Assembly (NCBI GenBank): GCA_016793325.1
Contig: JAEUKI010000056.1
Span: forward strand, 4,221 to 68,220
Length of the DNA: 64,000 bases
Source of the DNA: Myxococcales bacterium
GTDB taxonomy: Bacteria; Myxococcota_A; Polyangia; Polyangiales; Ga0077539
Direction: 5' to 3'
Shown here piece after piece: positions 9,778 to 19,850 of the stretch. Numbering within the stretch: the first letter of the stretch is position 1; each line of letters opens with the position of its first letter. Made by a program: the position numbers and the translations under genes. Under the pieces are notes generated by a model. It saw only the letters and a list, made by a program, of their open reading frames with translations. It was not told the DNA's origin and did no database searches.

Positions 9778-10658
9778 GCTCGCGCGCGACTCGCTCGCTG
9801 ACCGCGTTGGTGTTGGCCCTGACCGTCGTTTCTTCGGCGCCCGACGCGAGCGCCGGCGCGTGGCTGCCTGCGCCGGGGAACGGCTACTTGAAATTGTGGG
9901 TCAAGTATCTCCCGGGCTTCTGGTTCACCGCGGGCGACGGGCAGCGCTACGACTACGGCGCGTATCACGAGCTCTTCGTCAACGCGTACTTCGAGGTCGG
10001 GCTCGTCGACGCGCTCGCGCTGTGGGTGCACGCGCCGATGGTGCAAGCTTTCGGGCTCGAGGACACGCGCGCGAGAGCGATGCGGTGGCACGTGACGCCC
10101 GGCGATCCGACGGTGGGGCTCAGGCTGAAGGTCGCGCAGGTGGGGCGTGCGTCGTTCGCGCTCGACGCGAGCCTGCGCGGACCTGTCGCGCCGTCGCAAG
10201 AAGTGCAGCCTGTGTACTCGTCGATGGGGCCCGACTTTCGCCAGGTGGGCGCGCTGCGGATCGGCAACGGATCGACGGACGCGGCGCTCACGTTCTCGAT
10301 GGGCTACGCGGCCGAGCGCTTCTACGTGAGCGGGTCGTTCGGCGCGATGTTTCGCTCGAACGGCTATGATCCCGCGGGCACGATGACGGTCGAAGGCGGC
10401 GGGCGCATCGCGCGAGGACGCGTCGGGCTGCGCAGTCGCGTGACGGCGTTTCTCTCGCTCCCCGTGGGAACCGCCCCGCGCCACGAGAGCCCGAGCGGGA
10501 TGGGCAACGGAACGCGCTACTGGGGCTTCGCGCTCGAAGCCGACGTTCGCGTCGCTGCGCGCTGGGACGTCGGCGCCTCGTTCGAGGGCGGGATCGGACC
10601 GCTGCTTCGACAGACGGGCGGCCCGGTGATCAACGTGTTCGCCGCGACGTCGTTCTGA
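9774..10658 (+). CDS. Secreted hypothetical protein (possible beta-barrel)
   Basis: Signal peptide SLTALVLALTVVSSAPDASAGA. Alternating hydrophobic pattern. C-terminal ...FAATSF. Start overlaps the upstream stop (operon). Confidence 0.6.
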   Translation: MSSRATRSLTALVLALTVVSSAPDASAGAWLPAPGNGYLKLWVKYLPGFWFTAGDGQRYDYGAYHELFVNAYFEVGLVDALALWVHAPMVQAFGLEDTRARAMRWHVTPGDPTVGLRLKVAQVGRASFALDASLRGPVAPSQEVQPVYSSMGPDFRQVGALRIGNGSTDAALTFSMGYAAERFYVSGSFGAMFRSNGYDPAGTMTVEGGGRIARGRVGLRSRVTAFLSLPVGTAPRHESPSGMGNGTRYWGFALEADVRVAARWDVGASFEGGIGPLLRQTGGPVINVFAATSF

Positions 10659-11425
10659 TGGCTCGCTTCACCGAGACGCTCGAAGCCCCGCGGAGCATCG
10701 CGCCAATCCACGAGCCCCCGCCGTCTGCGGTCGAGCTCTCGTCGTCGCTGCTCGAGCGCGCCAAGCGCTGCGACGGAACGCGCGCGTCTCTCGACGCGGT
10801 CGCGCACGAGGCATCATTTCTGCGGTCGATCGAGATTCCTCGCGGAGATCGCGCGCGGCTCGCGTTTTGGCTCAACGTCTACAACGCCCTCACCCGGCAC
10901 GCGGTCTACGCGTACGAAGCGCGCGGGAGCCTGTTGTCGCATCGGGCGATCTTCGAGCGCGCGGCGTACACCGTCGCGGGTCACCGCTGCTCGCTCGACG
11001 ACATCGAGCACGGAATTCTCCGAAAAAACGCGCGCAAACCGCTCGCCATCGCGCGTCCGTTTTCGTCGGACGACCCGAGGATCGCGTGGGGCCCGTCGAG
11101 CCTCGACCCGAAGGTTCACTTCGCGTTGAATTGTGGTGCCAAGAGTTGCCCCCCGGTCCGCGCGTACCGCGAAGAGACCGTCGAGCGTGAGCTGCGACTC
11201 GCGTCGACGGACTACTTCGCGAGCGAGTGCGTCGTCGATCGGCGCAAGCTCCGCGTCGAGCTGCCGTTCTTGATGCTCTTGTACTGGGGCGACTTCGGCG
11301 GGCGCGACGGCCGACTTTCGCACGCGCTGGCGCACCTCGAGCGCAGCGACGCGCTGTGGCTCGCCGAACACGCAGCGCGCGTGAAGCTTCGCTACCGCGG
11401 CTACGACTGGACGATCGTGCGCTGA
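10658..11425 (+). CDS. DUF547 domain protein
   Basis: Motif LAFWLNVYNALT and FALNCGAKSCP characteristic of DUF547. TGATG overlap with the upstream gene. Confidence 0.7.
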   Translation: MARFTETLEAPRSIAPIHEPPPSAVELSSSLLERAKRCDGTRASLDAVAHEASFLRSIEIPRGDRARLAFWLNVYNALTRHAVYAYEARGSLLSHRAIFERAAYTVAGHRCSLDDIEHGILRKNARKPLAIARPFSSDDPRIAWGPSSLDPKVHFALNCGAKSCPPVRAYREETVERELRLASTDYFASECVVDRRKLRVELPFLMLLYWGDFGGRDGRLSHALAHLERSDALWLAEHAARVKLRYRGYDWTIVR

Positions 11426-12486
11426 GCGCCGGGCCTGATGAGGGCCATCGTCGTTCGGATCATCGTTGGGAGCTCTTCGGTGGCGACCGTTCGAAACCCG
11501 AGTCGCTCGTAGAAGCGCATCGCGTCCCGAGTCGCGAGCTCGACGCGCTTGGCGCCTCGGACCGCGGGGTGATCGAGCAGCGCGTTCACGAGCGCAGCGC
11601 CGACGCCGCGCGATCGAAGGTCCGCGCGCACCGCGACGTCGCCGAGGTACGCGTACTTCACGCCGTCGCTCACAGCACGGGCGGTCGCGACCACCGCGCC
11701 CGACGCGTCGCGCGCGAGCATCCACGCGCTCGAACGACGGTGCGCGTCGCGGATGGCGTCGTCGTCGAAGCGCGACTTGTTCCAATATTCGTCGCGCAAG
11801 AGCGGGAGCGCCTCGTCGAGCTCGCTCGGCTCTGCGTAGACGTGGAGCGTGACGCCGTCCGGCCCGCGAAGAAACGAAGGACGATCCACCGCTGGATTCG
11901 CACGCAACACGAGCTCGAGCGCGCGCGCGTCCCCGGGCGCTCCCCGCTCCCAGAGCTTCGCGACGATGGTCTCGATGTACTGCGCGGTGCGGTTCTGCCC
12001 GAGCTTCCACTTGCCGTCGAGCACCGCGAGCGGAAGGGCCCAGATCGCGATGCTTGCGACCGGCTTTCGATAGCGCTCGTCTGTGTGCGTGATCGGCGCG
12101 TGACCACCCTCGGGCTGAAACTTCTCCATCAACCCTTGCAGCGCGCGCGCCTTGCGCGCCGGATCCTCGACGAGCTCGAGCGTCCCGTGCGCTTGAACGC
12201 TCACGAAGAGCGACGTCGCAGGGCACGCCATCGTCGCGTCCGTCCAGTAGCTCGGGATGTCCGCGAGCAGCTGCTCGTACACGACCACGGCTTCGCGCCC
12301 GACGAGCGTCGTCTTCTCGCCCACCGGTGATCCGTGAAAACACAGCGCGTCGTCCACGACCACGCCGTGGACCGCGCGCACCACGGGAGCGCCGTCCGGC
12401 GTCGTGCTCGCGAGGTGAACGTACGGCGCGCTCATCAACAATCGCAGCGCGTCCTCGCGCGACGAACGAAGCATCTCTCTACGCAT
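11401..12486 (-). CDS. Fusion: PNPOx-like FMN-binding split-barrel domain (NimA/pyridoxamine-5'-phosphate-oxidase family) + C-terminal GNAT acetyltransferase
   Basis: Start MRREMLRSS (internal M92 of ORF 11401..12759). N-terminal half has a PNPOx-like pattern (APYVHLASTTPDGAPVVRAVHGVVVDD...CFHGS). C-terminal RSRGVGAALVNALLDH...RFYERLGF is a GNAT motif. Confidence 0.7.
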   Translation of the reverse strand: MRREMLRSSREDALRLLMSAPYVHLASTTPDGAPVVRAVHGVVVDDALCFHGSPVGEKTTLVGREAVVVYEQLLADIPSYWTDATMACPATSLFVSVQAHGTLELVEDPARKARALQGLMEKFQPEGGHAPITHTDERYRKPVASIAIWALPLAVLDGKWKLGQNRTAQYIETIVAKLWERGAPGDARALELVLRANPAVDRPSFLRGPDGVTLHVYAEPSELDEALPLLRDEYWNKSRFDDDAIRDAHRRSSAWMLARDASGAVVATARAVSDGVKYAYLGDVAVRADLRSRGVGAALVNALLDHPAVRGAKRVELATRDAMRFYERLGFRTVATEELPTMIRTTMALIRPGAQRTIVQS

Positions 12487-12546
12487 GGGTTGCTCTTCGA
12501 CCTCCAGCGCTATGGAACATGCGTCGAGACCTGGTCCATCGTCTCG

Positions 12547-12580
12547 TACCAGTTTCGCGATTTCTGATAGACCAGTACCA
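12547..12580. promoter_or_regulatory. Candidate MocR-family operator: direct repeats TACCA(G/T) spaced 29 bp, in the divergent promoter between the PNPOx-GNAT gene and the MocR gene
   Basis: cgTACCAGtttcgcgatttctgatagaccagTACCATcg. GabR/MocR regulators are known to bind ATACCA-type direct repeats with ~3 helical-turn spacing. Confidence 0.35.
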
Positions 12581-12592
12581 TCGTCGGATTCG

Positions 12593-14074
12593 ATGGCTCG
12601 ATGGACGCTCCAGGTCGCGCTCGACGACGATCCCCAGCCGCTCACCACGCGGATCGCGCAGGCGATCGTGCAGGACGTGCGGCGTGGAAGGCTTCGGCCC
12701 GGCGATGTCCTTCCCGGTTCACGAACGCTCGCGGCGTCGCTCGGGGTGCATCGCAACACGGTGCTCGCGGCGTTCGACGCGCTCCGGGCCGAGGGCTGGA
12801 TCGAAGCGGACTCCGCGCGCGAGACGCGCGTCGCGACGTCGCTGCCCGAGACCCGCGCGAAGCGGTTCAGCGGGCGAGCGTCGCCGCGCGCGTCGTTGCC
12901 CGAGCAGCCAGGGTTCGCGCTCGGACCCCAGCCCCCGTCGCGCGATCGTGAAGACTACCCAGGCACGATCGCGCTGTTCGGCGGACAGCCAGATCTCGGG
13001 CTATTTCCAGTCGAAGCGTACGCGAGGGCGCACCGCCGAGCGCTTCGTACGCAGCGAAAGACGCTGCTCGACTACGGCTCGCCCCGCGGTCACGCAGCGC
13101 TGCGCCGCGCCGTCGCGGAGATGCTCTCGTCCCTCCGCGCCGTCGCCGCGCGCGAAGAGAACGTGCTCGTCACGCGCGGCAGTCAACAAGCGCTCGACCT
13201 GATCTCTCGCGCGCTGATCGCGCCGGGCGACGTCGTCGCGGTCGAGGCGATGGGCTACAGCCCCTCGTGGCAAGCGCTTCGCGCAGCGGGCGCGAAGCTC
13301 GAGCCGATCGCGGTCGACGCGTCGGGGCTCGACGTCGACGCGCTCGCGGCGGTGTGCGAGCGCGCCCGCGTTCGCGCGGTGTACGTCACGCCGCACCATC
13401 AGTACCCGACGACGGTCACGCTGTCCGCGGGGCGACGGATGGCGCTCCTCGCGCTGGCCAAGCGCCACTCGTTCGCGATCATCGAGGACGACTACGACCA
13501 CGAGTTTCACTACGAAGGACGCCCGGTGTTGCCGCTCGCGAGCGCGGACCCGGACGGGCACGTCGTGTACATCGCGACGCTCTCGAAGATGCTCGCGCCG
13601 GGGCTTCGCGTGGGCTTCGTGGTGGCCTCGCGCGCGGTGATCGAAGCGCTCGCGCGGTGGCGAGTGTACGCGGATCGACAAGGCGACATGGTGATGGAGG
13701 CCGCGCTCGCAGAGCTCATCGAGGACGGTGAGCTCGCGCGACACGCGCGACGCGCGCGGCTCGCGTACCTCGAGCGGCGTGACGTGTTCGTCGAAGCGCT
13801 GCGGCGGGAGCTGGGAGGGGCGCTCGCGTTCGAGGTTCCCCGGGGAGGACTCGCGTTGTGGGCGCGGCTCGAAGCGCGAGGCGCGGACGGGTTCTGCGAG
13901 CGCGCGTTGTCGAACGGCGTGCTCGTGCAGAGGACCCGCACGATGGTGTTCGACGGCGGCGATCGACCGTGGGTCCGCCTCGGTTTTGCGGGCAACGACG
14001 GCGCTCGGCTCGAGGAAGCCGCGAAGCGACTGCGCGGCGCGATGCGAGACGCAAAGCCGTCGAAGGCGCGGTAG
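12593..14074 (+). CDS. MocR/GabR-family transcriptional regulator (GntR HTH + aminotransferase-like PLP domain)
   Basis: Start MARWTLQ. N-terminal wHTH (LPGSRTLAASLGVHRNTVLAAFDALRAEGW). C-terminal fold-type I aminotransferase domain with PLP-lysine region TLSKMLAPGLRVGFVV. Confidence 0.85.
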   Translation: MARWTLQVALDDDPQPLTTRIAQAIVQDVRRGRLRPGDVLPGSRTLAASLGVHRNTVLAAFDALRAEGWIEADSARETRVATSLPETRAKRFSGRASPRASLPEQPGFALGPQPPSRDREDYPGTIALFGGQPDLGLFPVEAYARAHRRALRTQRKTLLDYGSPRGHAALRRAVAEMLSSLRAVAAREENVLVTRGSQQALDLISRALIAPGDVVAVEAMGYSPSWQALRAAGAKLEPIAVDASGLDVDALAAVCERARVRAVYVTPHHQYPTTVTLSAGRRMALLALAKRHSFAIIEDDYDHEFHYEGRPVLPLASADPDGHVVYIATLSKMLAPGLRVGFVVASRAVIEALARWRVYADRQGDMVMEAALAELIEDGELARHARRARLAYLERRDVFVEALRRELGGALAFEVPRGGLALWARLEARGADGFCERALSNGVLVQRTRTMVFDGGDRPWVRLGFAGNDGARLEEAAKRLRGAMRDAKPSKAR

Positions 14075-14077
14075 CGG

Positions 14078-16387
14078 TCAGCTCTCGGCGGGCTTGGTCG
14101 CGGGCTCTTCGGGCGGGTCGCTGTCGGGCGCGCGGTCTCCCTCGTCGGAGACCTCTGCGTGCCCGAGGTCGAGCGCGTGATAGAGCTTCGCGAGCGGAGC
14201 TGGCGCCCACCAATTCAAGTCGCCGAACAGCCGCATGGTCGCGGGCACGATGAGCACGCGAACGATGGTGGCGTCGAGCGCGACCGCGAGGGCCATTCCG
14301 ACTCCGACCGCCTTGAGGATCACGACGTCTGCGAGCGCGAACGCAGAGAAGACAGCCACCATGATGGCGGCGGCGCTCGTGACGAGGCGCGCGGAGCGCT
14401 CGAGCCCCTCGGCGACGGCCTTCGTGTTGTCCTTGCTGCGCAGATACTCCTCTTGCATCCGCGTGAGCATCAGCACCTCGTAGTCCATCGAGAGGCCGAA
14501 CACCGCGCAGAACAAGATCACAGGGAGCACCGGCTCGACGGGCTGCGGCTCGAATCGAAGGATCGTTCGGAGGTGCCCGTCCTCGAAGATCCACACGAGC
14601 GCGCCGAAGCTCGCGGTGAGGCTCAAGAGGTTCATGAGGACGGCCTTGATCGGGAGGATCACGGAGCCGAGCAACACGAAGAGCACGAGGGCCGTCATGA
14701 TCATGACGAAGCCGATCGCCATCGGGCTCTTGGACAGGACGTACGCGGTTGTGTCGATGTCGAGCGCGGTGGGTCCTGCGACCCACGACTCGCCGGGCCC
14801 GGACGGGCGCATCGCGCGCGCGGCGCGAACGACGGATCGAGCCGTCTCCGAGTGTGAATCGCCGCGGGTGATCAAGCTGAAGATGATCACGCGCTCGGTC
14901 GAGACGTACTTGCGAGCCTCTTCGAGGAGCGTCGGTCGAAACATGTCGGGCAAGCCGTACACGTTGACGTAGCCGTCTGCGTCGAGCGTCGGGTCGAGGT
15001 CGACGTAGCTCTCGACCCGCGCGACGCCGGGGATCGCCGCGAGGCGCCGCGAGTACGCGAAGCTCGCGCGAACGCGGGCCTCGTCCGTGGTGCTCGCGCC
15101 CTCGGGGAGCCGCTGGACCACGGTGACGCGATTGGCGCCGATGTCTGGAAAATCACGGACGAGCGTGTCGTACCCGCGCCGCGCTTCGACGTGCGGCGGC
15201 AGGACCGTGACGCTCGCGGCCGCCATTTGCATGCGCAGAAACGGGACGCCCGCGGCGAGCGTGAGCGCGAGCGTCGGCGCGAGCACGAGCAGCGGGCGAC
15301 GCATGACCCATCGCGCGATACGGCGCCAGAAGCCTCCCGCGTCGCTCGAGTTTTCGCGGGTCTTCACGATGCGAAGCGCGTTGACCCTCGGGCCGAGCAG
15401 CGACAAGAGCGCGGGCAGCAGCGTGAGCGCGAACAGCACGGCGAGCGCGACGACGAGCGCTCCTGCGACGCCCATCGATGCGAGGAAGGTCCCTTTGTAA
15501 AACAGCAGCCCCGACATCCCGATCGCGACCGCGACGCCCGAGAACGCGACGGCGCGGCCTGCGGTGGCGAGCGTTCGACTGAGCGCTTGATCTGTTGGAT
15601 GGCCGAGCGCGAGCTCGTCTCGAAAGCGATTGACGATGAAGAGCGCGTAGTCGATCGCGACGCCGAGGCCGACGAGCGACGTCACGTTGAGGCTGTACTG
15701 CGTGACGTCCATCGAGCGGGACGTGAGAAAGACGCCTGCCATTCCTGCGACGACCGCGAGGCCGCCGACGCCCACAGGGAGCGACGCGGCGGCGATCGAG
15801 CCGAACACGAGCAAGAGCACGAGCAGCGCGAGCGGCGCAGAGACGAGCTCTCCCTTGAAGAGGTCTTTCTCGAGCGTTCGATCGAGGTCTTCTTTGTACG
15901 CGAGGTTGCCGGTCAGCGTGAGCTCGACCGCGGGATCGGGCCGCAAACGCGCGCGCATTTCGCGAAACGCGGTCTGGGCCGAGCGCATGTCTCCGCGCAC
16001 CGACGCTTGCAAGACGACCGCGCGACTGTCCCGCGAACGCAGGATCGCCGCGACCGTCGGCGCCAAGTCGAACGGGACGACGAGCTGCGCGACGCGAGGG
16101 TCGTTCTTGATGGGCGCGATCGATCGGTCGAGCGCCGAGCGAAATCCCTCGTCGTCGACGGTCCCTCGTCGGGCGCGCGCGATGACGAGAAACGACGTCG
16201 AGCCCGGCCGCCCGAGCTCGCGCTCGAGCACCGCTTGCCCACGGTCCGCTTCGGTCATCGGAAAATTCGCCGGCGCGAGCACCCCGCCCCGCGCGAGCAC
16301 GCCGATCGACAACGCCAACACCACCGCGCTCAGCGCGAAGATCAGCGTTCGATAGCGATGAATGATCAAACCCCAGCGGGCCAGCAT
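14078..16387 (-). CDS. MMPL-family (RND superfamily) membrane transporter
   Basis: 769 aa, two 6-TM bundles each followed by a periplasmic domain. Typical MMPL motifs (GVAIDYALFIVNRFRDE, GLSMDYEVLMLTRMQEE). Confidence 0.85.
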   Translation of the reverse strand: MLARWGLIIHRYRTLIFALSAVVLALSIGVLARGGVLAPANFPMTEADRGQAVLERELGRPGSTSFLVIARARRGTVDDEGFRSALDRSIAPIKNDPRVAQLVVPFDLAPTVAAILRSRDSRAVVLQASVRGDMRSAQTAFREMRARLRPDPAVELTLTGNLAYKEDLDRTLEKDLFKGELVSAPLALLVLLLVFGSIAAASLPVGVGGLAVVAGMAGVFLTSRSMDVTQYSLNVTSLVGLGVAIDYALFIVNRFRDELALGHPTDQALSRTLATAGRAVAFSGVAVAIGMSGLLFYKGTFLASMGVAGALVVALAVLFALTLLPALLSLLGPRVNALRIVKTRENSSDAGGFWRRIARWVMRRPLLVLAPTLALTLAAGVPFLRMQMAAASVTVLPPHVEARRGYDTLVRDFPDIGANRVTVVQRLPEGASTTDEARVRASFAYSRRLAAIPGVARVESYVDLDPTLDADGYVNVYGLPDMFRPTLLEEARKYVSTERVIIFSLITRGDSHSETARSVVRAARAMRPSGPGESWVAGPTALDIDTTAYVLSKSPMAIGFVMIMTALVLFVLLGSVILPIKAVLMNLLSLTASFGALVWIFEDGHLRTILRFEPQPVEPVLPVILFCAVFGLSMDYEVLMLTRMQEEYLRSKDNTKAVAEGLERSARLVTSAAAIMVAVFSAFALADVVILKAVGVGMALAVALDATIVRVLIVPATMRLFGDLNWWAPAPLAKLYHALDLGHAEVSDEGDRAPDSDPPEEPATKPAES

Positions 16388-16400
16388 CGGACTCTATTGC

Positions 16401-16898
16401 TCAGAGGGTGAACTCGGCGGCGCTGTCCCCCTCAGAAACCTTCAGCCACATCGCTGCCTGGTCTCCCTCGTACACGAGCTTGCCACCCTGCGTGAAGCGA
16501 AGTTGGTAGCGAGCGAACGTTCGCAGCGTTCCTTTTCGAAGCTGCGTGGTCCACCCCTCGAGCTCGAGGGCCTCGCCCATCCGCGCGAGGTGGTGAAATT
16601 TCGCGCCGTGGATCTTCGCGCCGTAGCCGATCCACCCGTCCGCGTGCCGCAGCCCGAGCACGTAGTACGCGTGCACGAACCCCACCATCCCCGTCATGTG
16701 CACCATGAGCCCTCCCGAGACGTGCCTCGGGTGTCGCACGGGGTGCACGCGCTGATCGCGCGTGAGCGGGAGCCCCTCGTGAGCGGGCATTCTGCAGCGG
16801 ACGTAGCTGCGATCCACGTCGACCTCGAGGACGTCGTCGATCAAGAGCGCGCCGGGGGCGTAGGGGCAGTCATCAATGAAGGCTTGTTCGAGCGCCAT
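16401..16898 (-). CDS. Hot-dog fold (FabA/FabZ-like) dehydratase, co-transcribed with the MMPL transporter
   Basis: Start MALEQAF (internal M20). Catalytic-region pattern HFxxxPVMPG-like: HEGLPLTRDQRVHPVRHPRHVSGGLMVHMTGMVG. 14-bp spacing to the MMPL start. Confidence 0.6.
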   Translation of the reverse strand: MALEQAFIDDCPYAPGALLIDDVLEVDVDRSYVRCRMPAHEGLPLTRDQRVHPVRHPRHVSGGLMVHMTGMVGFVHAYYVLGLRHADGWIGYGAKIHGAKFHHLARMGEALELEGWTTQLRKGTLRTFARYQLRFTQGGKLVYEGDQAAMWLKVSEGDSAAEFTL

Positions 16899-17046
16899 GC
16901 GATCGGCGCGGAGGGTACACGGATGGCGCACCGTCGCGAACGGGCTACAGCGCACAACGACCCAAACAATTCGCGACGGGCGCGCGTCGGTTGCTACGCT
17001 GTGCTACCTCCCGTTCGCACCACTCGCCCGGCGAGCGCATCTCGAA

Positions 17047-18132
17047 ATGAACAAGACAGACAGAGGTCCAGACACAGACGCCGCCCTCTTGCGGGCGCTC
17101 GACGAGGCGGGCGTCGGGTTTGCGCTGTTCGATCGGGACGGAGTCAGCCTCGAGTCGAGCCGTTCGTTCGACGCGCTCGCGAAGCTCCCGACCGAGGCGC
17201 AGCGCGACTTCCTCCACGATCGTGTGCTCGCGGCGGTCTCGCGCGCGCTCGCGGGCGAACGCGTGGACGATCACTGCGATCTCGGCGAGAGCGACGCGTC
17301 CGACGCGCACTGCCGTCGCGTCACGGCCGTGCCGATGGACAGCGGTGCGTCCGCGAGGGTCGTCGTGTGGCTCTCGGACGCGAGCGACGCAGCCCGTGCA
17401 AATGCTCACGCGAAAGCGCACGCCGCGCGCGCGGCGCGCGCAGAGGCGGCCAAGGATCAGTTCTTGGCGACGCTGTCGCACGAGCTTCGAACGCCGCTCG
17501 CGACGATCCTGGGATGGACGCAGCTGTTGAAGAGCCGCAGCCCCGACTCAGCGACGATCGACGGCGCGATGGCCACGATCGACCGCGCCGCGCGCGCGCA
17601 GCTTCGGCTCATCGACGACATCCTCGTGGCTGCGCGGGTGGTCGCGGGAGCGCTGCGCCTCGAGCGTCGGCGCGTGGACGTCGCGCTCGCGGTTTCGCGC
17701 GCGGCCGATGCGGTCAAAGCCACCGCCGACAGCAAAGATGTTCGGCTCGAGCTCGCGCTGGCGAACGACTGCTTCGTCGACGGCGACTCGGGCAAGCTCG
17801 AGCACGTCGCGTTTCACTTGCTGGGCAACGCGATCAAGTTCAGCGCGCGAGGCGGGGCGGTGCGCGTGCGCGTCGGGCGCGATCGGACCAGTGAGTTCGC
17901 AACGATTTCGGTGAGCGATGACGGCGTCGGGATCGTTCCAGAGCTTTTGCCGAGAGTCTTCGACCGGTTTACGCAGGGAGAGACGGGGCTCACGCGCGCG
18001 CACGGAGGACTCGGGCTCGGGCTCTCGCTCGCGCGCCACCTCGTCGAAGCGCACGGAGGAACGATCGACGTGGCTTCCGACGGGCCTGGCCGAGGAACAA
18101 CCGTCCTCGTCCGCATGCCGCTCGCGTCATGA
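17047..18132 (+). CDS. Sensor histidine kinase (soluble; HisKA + HATPase_c)
   Basis: Start MNKTDRG. H-box LATLSHELRTPLATILGW. N, G1 and G2 boxes (LLGNAIKFS, DDGVGI, GGLGLGLS). Confidence 0.8.
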   Translation: MNKTDRGPDTDAALLRALDEAGVGFALFDRDGVSLESSRSFDALAKLPTEAQRDFLHDRVLAAVSRALAGERVDDHCDLGESDASDAHCRRVTAVPMDSGASARVVVWLSDASDAARANAHAKAHAARAARAEAAKDQFLATLSHELRTPLATILGWTQLLKSRSPDSATIDGAMATIDRAARAQLRLIDDILVAARVVAGALRLERRRVDVALAVSRAADAVKATADSKDVRLELALANDCFVDGDSGKLEHVAFHLLGNAIKFSARGGAVRVRVGRDRTSEFATISVSDDGVGIVPELLPRVFDRFTQGETGLTRAHGGLGLGLSLARHLVEAHGGTIDVASDGPGRGTTVLVRMPLAS

Positions 18133-18305
18133 TTCTGCGCGGCGCGACCGACGCTCGCCGATTGCACACGACGCGCACGAAATCGCGAAAGTCCCTGGAA
18201 TCTCGCTGAGCAAGCGGTCATCGCTCATTCCGTTCTGAAAGCTCCACCGCAAGCGTGGTACGAAATCTTCGCGACGGGTACTGTCTACCCGAAGCGATCG
18301 CCGCG

Positions 18306-19850
18306 ATGCCCATCCTCACCGACGAAGAGCGACTCGGCTCGACCCTCGCGGGCAAGTACGTGATCGACGCCCTCGTCGGTCGGGGCGGGATGGGCACGGT
18401 GTTCGCCGGACACCACGCGTTGTCCGGTCGAAGCGTCGCGGTGAAGCTGCTCCACCCGCAGCACGTTCGCGACCCCGTGGCGGTGCGGCGCTTCCTCAAC
18501 GAAGCGAAGACGGCCGCGGCATTTCGGCATCCGAACGTGGTCGACGTGCTCGACGTCGACGTCATCGACGACGGCACGGTGTTCTTGGTGCTCGAGCTGC
18601 TCGAGGGAGAGACGCTCGGCGAGCGGCTCGATCGCGACAAGAAGCTCGCGCTCGAACAAACGCTCTCGATCACGATTCCTGTGCTCCGCGCGCTCGCGCA
18701 CGGGCACAAGATGCACATCGTCCACCGCGACCTGAAGCCGGACAACATCTTCCTCACCGACAGCAAGAACGGGATCGTCCCCGTGGTGCTCGACTTCGGG
18801 ATCGCGAAGATGATCGACGCTGGTGAGCAGAGCGTCGAAACGGTGACCGGCGCGATCTTGGGGACGCCGCAGTACATGGCGCCCGAACAAGCGCTCGGCT
18901 CCAACGAGAGCGCTGCGACGCTCGACGTCTACGCGATGGGCGTCGTCCTATTCGAGTGCCTCTCGGGCCAACGACCGATCGATGGACCCAACCCCGCGGC
19001 GGTGCTCGCGCGCCTCGTGACCGGACAAATTCCATCGCTGGCGACAGTCGCGCCGTCGGTGCCCCCGACGATCTCGGCGATCGTGGACAAGGCGATCAGC
19101 GTGCGACGCGAAGATCGCTACCAGACGTGCGACGCGTTCGCAGACGCGTTGATGGCCGAAGCTGAAGCGCTCGGAGTCTCTGTCGTGATCGCGGACTCGA
19201 GCGCGCGGCTCTCGACGCCCGACGGCGCGCGAAGCCAGCGCTTGAAGACGCCCACGGCCGCGGACCTCACGGCGCGGCGCGCAGCGCTGAAGGTCACGTC
19301 GAATCCGCCGATCAACGTCCCAGAGACGTTGGCCGACACGGCGAGGCCAACGACGGGCGAAGCAGGCACGAGCGCTTCTCGAAAAGCCCACACGACGTTT
19401 GCGCCGACGACGTCCGCGCGTTCGAGCTCGAGCTCGAGCGCGTCGCTCATCGGAGCGGTGCTCGCGTTCGCGATCGTCGGTGGCGCCGGAGCTCTCACCC
19501 TTCGTCGCGGTGAGCGCGTTCCGACGCCAGCGACCGCCGCTCGAAGCGCCCCGACCGTTTCGAACACGTTGGCTGGAGCACCAAGAATCAACGAAGCTCC
19601 GCCGACCGTCCGAGTCGAGCCGTCCTCCCCGCCAGCGGTCGCCGACGCCGGAGCGCAGACGGCGCAAGCCGGAACACGCCGCATCGGCCGCGGAAATCGC
19701 ACCGTGGGCGCAAGTTCGGAGGCCACCGCGCCGACCAGCGCGCCCGTCGCGGGACCCGAGCAATCGACCGGTCCACAGCCGAATCGGGCGAACACGAGCA
19801 CGCGACGACCGGGACAGCCGAGGCCTCCCGAAGTCGCCGTCGAGTGGTAG
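18306..19850 (+). CDS. Ser/Thr protein kinase (Hanks-type) with C-terminal TM segment and Pro/Ala/Thr-rich tail
   Basis: Start MPILTDEE. GRGGMGTVF (P-loop), VAVK, HRDLKPDN, DFG, APE motifs. Confidence 0.85.
   Translation: MPILTDEERLGSTLAGKYVIDALVGRGGMGTVFAGHHALSGRSVAVKLLHPQHVRDPVAVRRFLNEAKTAAAFRHPNVVDVLDVDVIDDGTVFLVLELLEGETLGERLDRDKKLALEQTLSITIPVLRALAHGHKMHIVHRDLKPDNIFLTDSKNGIVPVVLDFGIAKMIDAGEQSVETVTGAILGTPQYMAPEQALGSNESAATLDVYAMGVVLFECLSGQRPIDGPNPAAVLARLVTGQIPSLATVAPSVPPTISAIVDKAISVRREDRYQTCDAFADALMAEAEALGVSVVIADSSARLSTPDGARSQRLKTPTAADLTARRAALKVTSNPPINVPETLADTARPTTGEAGTSASRKAHTTFAPTTSARSSSSSSASLIGAVLAFAIVGGAGALTLRRGERVPTPATAARSAPTVSNTLAGAPRINEAPPTVRVEPSSPPAVADAGAQTAQAGTRRIGRGNRTVGASSEATAPTSAPVAGPEQSTGPQPNRANTSTRRPGQPRPPEVAVEW

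Noticed and set aside
12485-12592. Longer N-terminal extension of the MocR gene starting at ATG 12485 (MGCSSTSSAMEHASRPG...)
   Set aside because: It would overlap the divergent gene start and bury the operator. MocR HTH domains begin within ~20 residues of the true start (MARWTLQ at 12593).
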